From: Fistulifera solaris
Lineage: Eukaryota
Reading direction: 5' to 3'
Length of the DNA: 64,000 bases
Assembly (NCBI GenBank): GCA_030295235.1
Contig: AP026124.1
Coordinates: forward strand, 1,116,001-1,180,000
The translations under genes were made by a program, and so were the position numbers. Under the pieces are notes generated by a model that saw nothing but the letters and a program-made list of their open reading frames with translations, did no database searches and was not told where the DNA came from. Positions 53,730 through 64,000 of this stretch are shown here, piece by piece. Each line of letters starts with the position of its first letter. Positions within the stretch are counted from its first letter, which is position 1.

Positions 53730-54479
53730 TGTGCGACTGATGCCACGTTCCTCGCTGTTATCTGAAAAGATTCAGTCACCATTTCGAATTCAGCGGGAAA
53801 GCAAAAACGGAGTGATGTTTTTAGAGAAGTAATGCGATAGAATGGAAGACAGAAGCATCCAATCAATTAACAACAGTAGGGTAGGTTAGCTGCTCACGCA
53901 AATTCAGGTTCTGTGGGCTGATTGGACGTTCTGCTTATCAATCTACAAAGTATGGAAGGGATATGCTTTGCACCGAATAAATACAACAAAGCAATCAAAT
54001 GACAAAAGATCACTTGCTTTACCGTCTCATAACCCAGTAGCTGTCGGAAAGCTTGCAAAGATCATTATTACTTGGACAAAAAAAAAATTGGTAGCGAGGA
54101 GGCGAGCCAGTGAATCTTCGCAATGAATCTCCGCATCTTTTCATTCTCATCCTTCGTTTTTGGCGGATGTCTGGCTGGTGACCGTGTTGTGTGTCGTGTC
54201 ATCGTCGTGATTGCTTGAACACTGTACAGGAGGTACACTATTACTGTGGGTAAGAACTGATGCGACGTTTCTACGTTCAATACATAACGTCTTGTAAACC
54301 ATTATCCATTATCCTTACACGTTGTGATGTAGGTTTGCCTTGAGATTTCTTGGCGACGAGCAACGAAACAGAACCTTAAGAAAAGCAACGGGGCACATGT
54401 CTGTGTGACCATGGTAAACTATTCTGATTCCAACTCAATGAACGATGACAAGAGTAGAAGTTAATTTGTCATCGAAGAA

Positions 54480-56255
54480 ATGAACTGGTCGTCGTCGCTG
54501 CTGTTGATTTTCCTTTCGATTGCTATAGGGTTAATATCCGTGCTACAATTCACGGCAACAACGATACACGATGTCAAAAGTCACGTCACTGCTTCGGAAG
54601 CGTTCCAGATCTCCATACAGGAATTCATGTCACCGAAACCTACCAATTTAGACCAAAAACTTATTATTGCTGCCCAGCACGCGAAAGAAGCGAATGACCT
54701 ACTCCCTGATATCCAAAAACAAAGTCATCCAACCACTGCATCCGATCTTTCTGACAGACCCGATTACTACATGGTCTTTTCGTCCAGTTGCTCGCCACAG
54801 CAACACTGGGAGTCCTTAGTATTCTTTTATCATGCTTTCAAAGTGGGGCAGCCGGGGAATGTGACACGCATACTGTCCGGGTGCAACGACCAGGAAAAGG
54901 AGGAAGTGGATGATTTCTTTGCCAAGTACATTCAACCCATGTCACCTAGATTTCATCTACACCATACCCAAGACTACGGGACGGTTCAAAGAAACAAGGG
55001 AACCCAGTATTACAAATATATGAACAAGCCATTTGGGCTACGGGATTGGATGGAAAAGGCGTTGGGAGTATCCGAGAATAAGGAAATGGATTCCGATCTG
55101 GCGGACAGCATCATTATGCTACTAGATCCTGATATGGTATTGCTTCGTCCCTTGGTTCATGACTTTACGAATGAAGATGTGGAATTCGTAGAGATAGAGC
55201 CTGTTACTAAAGTTGTAAAGACCGGCTTTCCGATTGCTCAGCAAGATGGTAGGTAATTCCCTCATCATGACGTTGTCATCGCTAGGGTACTCACTTCTAG
55301 CTTTCAGGCTATTTAAACTCCAAATGGGTCCAACATGACTTTTCGTTTGTTACGGGGAAGGAACAAGGTGACTTTATTCCTCCACCTCCTGCAAAGGACG
55401 GGCCTTTACACTGGAATTCGGGTCCCCCTTATTTAGCTACGGTCGCAGGTAAGTACTAACGTTACGTCTTGGTTCATTCTTAACAAGAAAACGACACTGT
55501 CTCATCAGGCTTATTGGTGTATAAAGATATGCATCAAATAGCTATCAAGTGGACTGAATATGCTCCAAAAGTTTTGGAAATTCAAGACGATATTTTCGCA
55601 GGTGAGTTGTTTCTGCTTCTGGGTGCAAAGATCTCACAAAAATTGTCTGACCTTGCGACTCTGCAGAAATGGTCGGGCTTATCATCGCCACTGTACAGTT
55701 AGAACGTCCATTTACGTTCATTCGTTCCCTTGTGGTATCTACAACAGAATCTGTGGATAGAGAAGGATGGTCGTACATCGATGCGCTTCCCGACGATCAG
55801 GTTTGTCGTCCAGCTGCCTCAAGCCGGCTACCGGTCGGGCTTCATTACTGTAAACGCTACATGCTAGGAAAAGTGAGTTGGTGAGAATAGTTATTCTTTC
55901 TCCTGCGCACGATGTCTAATGTTCTTTGTTGCCGTATTTTCAGTGGTTCTTTAGCAAGTACAGGTTGAAAAAGAACATTATGAACTGTGACAAAGCACTC
56001 CTAATGCCTCCGTCTCCAGATATAAATTATCTTGACTTTGAATACGCTGATGTTCCTCCCCGGGCGGATCTTAGAAAAATACATGAAGCTCCCGTGAAAC
56101 TTAGTCAAAAACGAGCCAAACGAGAAGCTTTTATGCTATGTGGAATGATGAATGCGGTGAATGAGGCGCTACGGTATCACAAGCAACAAAAGTGTGGCGT
56201 CGACGCCAATTTGGAGGAGACATACTCGATTCACAACGATCCTACAAATTTCTGA
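54480..56255 (+). CDS. Type II membrane glycosyltransferase, peptidyl-serine alpha-galactosyltransferase (SERGT1)/HPAT-like
   Basis: N-terminal TM; VFSSSCSPQQHWES...GQPGNVTRILSGC, YMNKPFGL, LLDPDM (DxD), GPPYL. Four short introns between 55249 and 55943. Confidence 0.78.
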
Positions 56256-56683
56256 TGCTGCAGAATCTGGTTCACCGACTATATATAGCAGTGTCTACAA
56301 GATGGCAGTGAATGGCATACCCTTATCGAGCGCCCAGTATTTGGTCTTTTGGGTTTTCGGTGGAGAACGGTCTCGGATGCACCCATCTTTAATGATCTGT
56401 ACAACATCCACCTTAATCGGCTAAAAACAGTTCTGCTGCGCCCGCCTGTTCAATTCTACTCCTCAGCGTAGTCCAAGCTGAACGTGCAGGTAAGCGCTGC
56501 CGAACACCCCGTATCCACATTGTTTGGTGAGCAAGTAAATGTACACGATCCATTCCATTGGATTACTGTACAAGCAGTCCAACAGGTCTGAATACGGCAT
56601 TGATTATAGTCTGATTTGCAGACATATACGAAATCTATTTCTCGTAGTGCGGATCCTAAATACGGTAAAGTAAAACCGGTTTG

Positions 56684-59499
56684 TCATCTCAACTTCGTCC
56701 CCAGATTCTTTAGCGTCTTGACAGCTTCTTCAATTCGTTCCTTCCTTGTGCTTTCCGCCGATTCGCGCTTAGATGATCTCTTTCTACTACTGACAACGCT
56801 CATTGTGTCGCCCAGTCGCCTCGGAGATCGTCTTCTTTCGGCGACGGTAAGATCATCGTCCCGTTGCCTTCTACTAGAAGATTTTCTCCTCTCGCTGATA
56901 ACGCTAACACCATCATTGTGTTTCCGGGGAGAAGATCGTGGTCTGCGCTCAGTGATGACAGATGCTTCGTCAGACTTGCGGGGCCTTGATTTGCCTCTCA
57001 CACTTTCCCCATCATCGCCTCGCCGTCTCGGTCGCAACTTTGACGTTCTACTCACATCATCCGATGTTGTTGGTCTCTGCTTGCCACGACTTGTTGCCAC
57101 AGTGACTTCATCGTTTCTGTCGCTCCGTTTCTTGACCCGGATTCTACGCTTCGGACTTAGGCTCCCTTCTTCTGGCGCATGAAGAGCGGGACTTGCTTGT
57201 GGCCTTTCGTCATGCGGTGACCTTGGTGACATTTCATGCTTTTTGCGTCCGCTTAATGATTTGTTTGATTTTCTCGCCGATCTACGTTCGGAGGCGTGAG
57301 TTGTTTCGTGATCAGGAGTGACCAAAAGTTCACACACTCCATTCTCAAGCTCTTTCACAAAATGAATTAAATCATCCTCTACCTGTGATATCCGATGCTC
57401 ATAGTCAATCTTCCGATATTGATCGTCGATGAGTAAGCTTCCGGCCCCCAATCTTTTCGTATTTCTCTCAATTCTCTAAGGGCCTCTTTTTCTTTTCCTA
57501 AAGCAGCTAAGACATCAGTGCGGACAATCCAGGTCTGAACGTGTGTTTTGCTAATTTCAAGCACATCTTGACAATCCTGAAGAGCGTCGCTAAATCTTCT
57601 ATTCCTTAGGTATGACTCAGCCCGCTCACAGCGAAGCGTAATCAGAAGAGGTGATTTGCTTGGAAGATCTTCGCAATCTTTTATTGCACTGTTCAATTGG
57701 CCCAGCGCTTCATTATGGCGTCCTCGTTTAGTGAATGCTCGAGCTTGTGACAGAGACGCGTTGATTTTCTGGCATTTGGCCAAAATATCTTTCGTGTGCT
57801 TGGAGTTGCTCATTTTATGAGATTCAAAGAGGGCCTGGGATGCTTTCTCCGTGTCACCCATCAACATAAGCGCGTGTCCATACATCTCCAGACTTTCAGG
57901 GAACTGTGAGTTCACTCGCAAAGCTTTGTTAGCTTGTTCCATGGCAACGTTGGCCTGACCGAGGCTGATTTCAATTCGTGCCGCTAAGCAAAGTAACCTC
58001 AAATTTGTCGTATTTTTAGCCGATTCTTCGATCAGTTCTTTTGCTATTTGGTGCTTTCCATCCAGATAATATTTCTCGGTCTTCTCGAGAAGTTCTCTCT
58101 CTGAAAGAGAGCGATGGTACTCTTCTCTTATACGATTCGACCCTGGAACAGCCTCAGTTGCCTTTACGATCAACGAATGAGCTTTTTCGATTTCTCCCAA
58201 AGCCATCAATGCCCGCCACATTCTTATCCAATTCTTGTCGTACGATGGATCGTACTCTATGGCTTTCTCGCAATCCTCTATACAAGTTGCAAACTTCTTT
58301 TCTCTGAAAAATGTGACAGCTCGATTCGAATGTACATGTGACATGAGTGCTCTATCTTCGACACTTTGTGGGCAAAATGCATCCATCATGCGGATTGCTT
58401 CTGTGTACAGTTTTCGGGCCCCTGCAACATCACCTTTGTTGAACTTTGCATTTGCTTGCTTTTTCAGTTTGTGTGCTCTGTCAACTAAGTCATCAGTAAA
58501 CCCTCTCGACTTAATATCACTCGGCTTCTCATCACCTTCAAGATCGTCGTCGTAAATAGTTTCGAGCTCGCCTTCTTGTCCTCTTTCGCTATCCGTTGTC
58601 TCTACAAAATTGACCACTCCAGATTCACCGCAGAAGGCCATACTATTGATGGAGGTACCAAAGTCATTCGTAAGCTTTCCAGCACGAAAGGAAGTCTGTC
58701 CGTTCATGTCGAAGCTAAAGTCATCATCATCTTCCTCGTCGTCCAGGGGCGATGGTGACTCGTCTGGAAATGGGTCGTCATTGTTACTTTCTTCTGCTGC
58801 AACAGAATGTATCACCGATACGGGAGTCTCCGATTTCTTTCGGGAAATCTTGCTTGGTGGAATGTCTCGTCTAGCATTTGTTGACTGTGTATTATAAACC
58901 GAGTTCAGTTTCTTCCATCGAGGAAAGTGTGTGAGCTGCCCGTTCGCATTTTCGATGTCTTTGTTTCCATTCTTTGGCGCTGACTCATCGGAAGTATCAG
59001 TTGGAACTGTTTCCTCCCGTTTTTCCGAGTTGTTTGTTACCTCAGGCTTTAAGAGCTTGTGATCGCTTCCTCGATCCGCGTGCAATGTGGCGTGCGACAA
59101 AAATTTCCCATAATCCCCCGTCCAGTTACAATCGGCGTCTTCGTCGACGCATTGCACCTGAACCAACGCCAGCACACGGTATGCTAAAGGCTGTGCTTCC
59201 GATAAAGGTCGCGCAGCAATCGCTAGCGTTCCGAATTCCATGCATTCCACGGAGGGGTCGCTCGAAAGATCTCCCTTGCAGACGGGGCACGTAATTTGGT
59301 GCTTGCGTAGATTGCATTGAAGAGCCCAGCTCTCCAGGCATCTCCGACAGAAGGGGTGCGAGCAACGGCTGGTGACGACAGCATCTAAGGAAGCCAAATT
59401 GGTGCAGATGACGCAAACAAAGGAACTGTAGTGTTTCTCGTCCGAAAGGACCTTTCTCTGATCGTAACCCGAGGTTATCTGAGACAGATCGAAACCCAT
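56684..59499 (-). CDS. RING + TRAF-type Zn finger + TPR protein with Arg/Ser-rich tail
   Basis: CVIC...CSHPFCRRC...CPVC RING; C...CNWTG...H finger; TPR segment KKQANAKFNKGD...HSNRAVTF. Frameshift at ~57445-57450. Confidence 0.8.
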
Positions 59500-60173
59500 C
59501 GCGGATTCTTCACAACAGGCTTGCTACACTCCCGCTCAGACAAAATTATTCAGTGAAAATACTTCCTGCCATGTATCAAAGCATTGTTATTTTGTCGCCA
59601 GGGGTTCAATAGCTCGTCCTTTTTTCTTGTCAAAGTCTTCGATGGGAGCAGGCGTTTATTTTGGTGCGCGTTGGAGGTGCAAAATTCAACCAGTTCCTTG
59701 GTTTCAATAAACCAGAAAGCGGACATCGGACACTATGACCATGTTACACTACACTAGTCACACCCGTCTCCACTACATTATGATAGAGATTAGAATAGAA
59801 CATGGACCAGAACTGGTATTCAATGGTCACAAACACCGAGAAGAACAAAAAATTCGTACCAGGTACCAGGTTAAAAATGATAAAAGACTACCAGGTATAA
59901 AACATGCGTATGATGCTATTTGCAATCGGATGATGGCAAGCAAACCTACAATATAGCAGAATCAATTTGAAGACGTTAAAACTAAGTTCAAAGAAGAAGT
60001 TGCTACATCGCTTGTGTTTTAAAAGTGATGAATTACGTAAAACGGAGGACCAAAGATTGATTTTACACGGTTGGACTCCGCATGAATTTGGGGAACTTAG
60101 GCTCTGGCGCCTGCGAGAAGCGCGTCGCGCAATATCCTGTTTCCGTGATCCTATTTCAAACTAATGGCTGCCA

Positions 60174-62242
60174 CTATATCATCTGTCCCCATCGATTTCC
60201 GAATTTTCTTCTTTTTATGACTTTCATCTCCTTCAGCTGCTTTAGTTTTTCTTGGGCGGACAAGTATCCGCTCGACCCATTTCGTTCAACCAATCCCCTT
60301 TTCCGCTCTTTTTTCTTCAGCTGACGCCGCCATTCTATAATCCCTTTCATTTCAAAGTCAAGCACCATGCATTTATCAAGAATGTTCCTACCCATGCTTA
60401 CGCCACTAAGTCTTTTTCTTCCCCTTCGCGAGCTCATTCATGAGATCTTCTTGAGACTTCTCATCCTTCAATGCGTGGCATAGTTTCCTGACAACATGGT
60501 GGCCGATTCGATCAACGGCCAAGGCAACCCATCGAGACGAAAGCTTCGAAGCAAGTCTTGACAAGCCGGTCGCAAAAACTTTGTCATGAATGGGGCCCTC
60601 TAGTAAGCCGTCAATCAGACATCGACTTCCCAGTCCGTCCTTGCATATCAACTCAAGAACATCCAATGGTAGTTCCACAATACCGCCAATAATTTGTTTA
60701 CACAACTTCGGTTCAAATTTCAGCAAAAAGTGAATGCATCTGGCACCAGCTACATTCAGTATTAGTCTTTCTCCATCGCGTTGAGGCTTTCTTGCCTCAA
60801 TGAGTACTTCCACACATTCTTGAACGCGTAGAGACTGCACATTCTGCAATGTCGAGAATCCTTTAGTTATTGCGTCAAGTATCGTTTGTTGACATACATC
60901 AAAGCGCGCCGATGCTTCGATCATCCGCCAAAGCACGCTTCTGAGTTTAGCGTTCGAGTCGAGAATGACGCCGTTCGTCACCAATGGTAATAAATTTCCA
61001 ATCAGAACACTAGCCTGCTCTTTGGTGTGTGCAGTTGCAAGCAAATTCTCAACAATAAAATGGCTTACATGATGCTGGGCGTACTCTTGCAGTGTCTGGG
61101 CGGTTAAGAAATCTCCTGCCTCTAAGATACCAGCATAGAACTCAGCCGGGCTAATAAGAAGTAATGTTTCCAATGAGCGAGAACCCGAGGGATCACCAGC
61201 TAGACCGTATATGACGTCCGGTACCCATTGGTGTTTGTTAGCTGGTTCCCAGCACAATAAACGTTTTGCCAAGAGATGCGCCGGTGACTCGCGTTCGAAC
61301 GAAGGTTCGGGTCTTATCTTTCCAAGATGATGATCCAACATCGATCGCTCCTCCCATTCCTTAAATTTGTCCGACCACTCTTCTCTACTGCAGTTGCGAT
61401 ATGTAAGGACGCGAAGCAAAACACTCAATAAAGCCCCTGACCCCTGACAGGCAAAGCTTTGCAGGTCACCCGGTGGGAGCACACAGTCTCCAGTTAAAGC
61501 AGAAGTCATCTCATCTAGTGCTTGTGATATTCTAGGATCTAAGCAGTTGATGCGTGGTGCTCTGAAAAACACAAGTCGAGTATCTCGTTGCTTTAAAGAA
61601 TCATCGGTGTCTTTTCTTCTTTTTCTTCAATTTTCCTCGCCGAAATGGATTTCCGTTCACCTTCAATTCTTCCACTCCACCAAATACGCAAATGAGCGAT
61701 CGTAAAACATGCGATCCACAAATATGCACTGCTAAATCTGCAGCGTCTTCGGCCAATTCAGAATGAAAACCAATCAACAAATCAATCAGTGATTCTTGCG
61801 CAAGATCAGACAAGGGCGGCGCGTCATCGTGCTTTGCCAAGTCAATCTGAGAAATGCGTCCGATTTGCTGAAGAATAGTTTGAAGCAAATGCGACCCGTA
61901 GCGATGTCTCGCAAGAAACATGGCGTAGCCTTTCGTTGCTTTCAACCAGGTACAAGCAGCATATTCCGAGAACGGCGCTGTAATGTGTACAAGAGATTCG
62001 AGAACTTCAGCGGCCTGCTCGTCCCCGGCTAACGATGCGATTTCGTTTCTGACCTCTTCCAAAGCAGCGAGTGCAGCAGCGAAACCGCTTGGGAACTCTT
62101 GTGCCAAATCTTGTTCTTTTGCGAGGAAGGCATTCACTTCCTCTGTCGCGACCTCTACATCCAAAGGAAGCGAACGCAGATATGAAATTGTATCAGGATT
62201 CGGTCTTCGGGGACGATTATAATCGCTTTCGTGTCCTTTCAT
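60174..62242 (-). CDS. NOP9: Nucleolar protein 9 (Pumilio/PUF-like repeats)
   Basis: PDTISYL, ARHRYGSHLLQT, HICGSHVLRSL, DPSGSRSLE, DRIGHHVV. Frameshifts at ~61605 and ~60415. Start may lie upstream. Confidence 0.85.
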
Positions 62243-62825
62243 TGCTATGCGCGATTCTGTTTAGGGAAAGCACAAAGACATAATTGTAGACTGTAAGGCT
62301 AGACCAGTCTCATCAAGACACATGTGGGCTCGAGAAACTTTTTTTGGTGGCCGCGTTTCATCATTTTATCCAGCTGAAAATGGGTGCAATAGCGATTCCA
62401 GATTCCACATTTTGCGCCATCATTTTCTAAAACGAAGCCGACTGAATCAATCGAAGTCAGTCCCGGTACTGTCGAGTGTATTATGGAAACGAAATAACGC
62501 GGATTGTCGAGAATCTTTAAGGACGAGATGCTGTGCACGTCGGAATCATTTACACATTGGAGCCCGGCGTACCAGGTAATACTTTATTATAATAAGAAAA
62601 AGTGAAAGGAACAACAAGCATCTGCAAGTGCAACACAGCCACGTACAATGTCTCAGTTCTTTGGCGTAATGGTTCGTGAGATGCGATAGATTACAATCAG
62701 TGGTTTATACATCATTAGAGATATGAAACATAGATTTACTATTAGGCTGTAACAAAAAGATCATTAACAAAGATACAATGAACAGTGGAACCTGCTGTTT
62801 GATGCTTCAAAGTTCCTAAGGAGGT

Positions 62826-64000
62826 CTACGATGTATGATAAAGTTCGTTTTGGGCTTGACGACGTCGGTCGTCCATGAGTTGTTGCTGTCGCTGGAGCCT
62901 TTCGTTTCTGTCACGTATTCTATCGCAAAATGGGACTGGACAAGAGTCAGCGACTTCGCACGTTCGCGCGTGAATCGCACACAGCGAGATAAGTCGAGCG
63001 CATATTCTACAATCAGTTTTTGGCTTGATTTCACAACTTCGAACGTGGTTGAACAGCTTCTTCATTTTCTGGCAATTCTGAAGAGAACATGCCGGGGCAC
63101 CTTGACAGCCACCTGCGTGCTCAAGCAACGCACAGTGCGCTTTGAGGGCTTTCCGGCGATCTTCTTGGCTCGTGGCGCTGTCGATCGATACTTCCATGTC
63201 GATGGGCGTAAAAGTGTGAGACAGATCGTGTTCGAAACGCGAGTCTCGCTTGGCCCATAGACCTGAAGTTACAGGCTTATAGCAGTCCTCGCAAAGGTCG
63301 AATTTCGAGCAATTATCGCAGCTGTACCGAACACCGTGTGTTATATCTCGGTAGCAAGCACCGCATTGTTGGAGAAAGAGAGGAGATGCTGGATTATGAA
63401 GCTGAAACAACACCATCATTGTCGAGTGCTTTGCCCTCCGTAATTCATCGAACTGACAGTGGCTACTTTGACAGTAGTTTAGAAAACGCTGACGCGATTC
63501 GAATAGCTCTACTTCGATAGGTTCGTCGGGATCAACCGTCTCCGTGACGTACTTCTGAGATTGATTCACTTCCTCAAAATGGCGAGAAAGGAGTGGTGTG
63601 ACCTCGTCAATACCCCGCTTTGAAAGTCGCTGGATGTCCTCAACTGATAAACCCGGATCTATGCGAACTTGATCGACCGTATTTAAGGAGATCACTTGCT
63701 CCGAGTATGTGAAATCAGCGTTCCTGTCTTCCTGGACAGCCGAGGTGTCACAAGGTGTGGTCGGATGCTTACGATCATAGGTAGGGTGTGCTTCCGGATC
63801 TACCGTAGAACTCGGCTTAGTATCTTCTACTTCAAGTGTTTCATTGGTCACAGGTGAATCTTTGAGGGACTCATCGACTTGATTTGACGACTGCTCGTCT
63901 AAAATCCTTGTTTCAACACTAGAGATTTGTTCTTTGACTAACACTTCAGAACCGGGGAGTTCTCTTCCTGGTCGCTAGCATGTAGAATATCTTGTCCTGG
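62826..64000 (-). CDS. CBP/p300-type histone acetyltransferase, 3' part (HAT end, ZZ, TAZ2)
   Basis: FESRQRFLNYCQSSHCQFDELRRAKHSTMMVLFQLH; ZZ finger CGAC...CDNCSKFDLCEDC; TAZ finger LLEHAGGC...CPVPFC. Confidence 0.93.

Noticed and set aside
56290..56620. Possible small gene fragment between the glycosyltransferase and the RING-TPR gene
   Set aside because: Only short frames, and I could not build a consistent spliced model.

Overview
Gene-dense eukaryotic nuclear DNA, most likely from a pennate diatom. Support: short 60-130 nt GT-AG introns, bipartite plastid presequences with ASAFAP-like motifs (e.g. ITA|FAP in GyrB), and a type III metacaspase. About 35 protein genes are present, including eIF3m, eIF3i, RPN7, Rheb, ATE1, NMT, FDXR, GyrB, TsaE, CCB4, CAP-G, NOP9, a CBP/p300 3' end, a pirin, an MBOAT and a GARP-Myb. 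Roughly 20 genes carry single-base frameshifts, mostly in homopolymer runs, which points to an unpolished long-read assembly rather than biology. The only repeat-rich island is about 31.5-33.1 kb, with a 236-bp tandem repeat, ~52-bp degenerate repeats and a PIF/Harbinger-type MITE with a TAA target duplication. I found no rRNA, tRNA or CRISPR, and I cannot demonstrate a new multi-gene system. The best leads are: a three-exon Mic12/QIL1-like micro-gene missing from the ORF track; a Rheb with altered G3/G4 motifs; a myristoylatable, divergent type III metacaspase near NMT and ATE1; two families of palindromic promoter motifs; a (GAT)51 tract abutting a 3' splice site; and a GC-AG intron. All protein family calls are from motif recognition by eye, not database searches.
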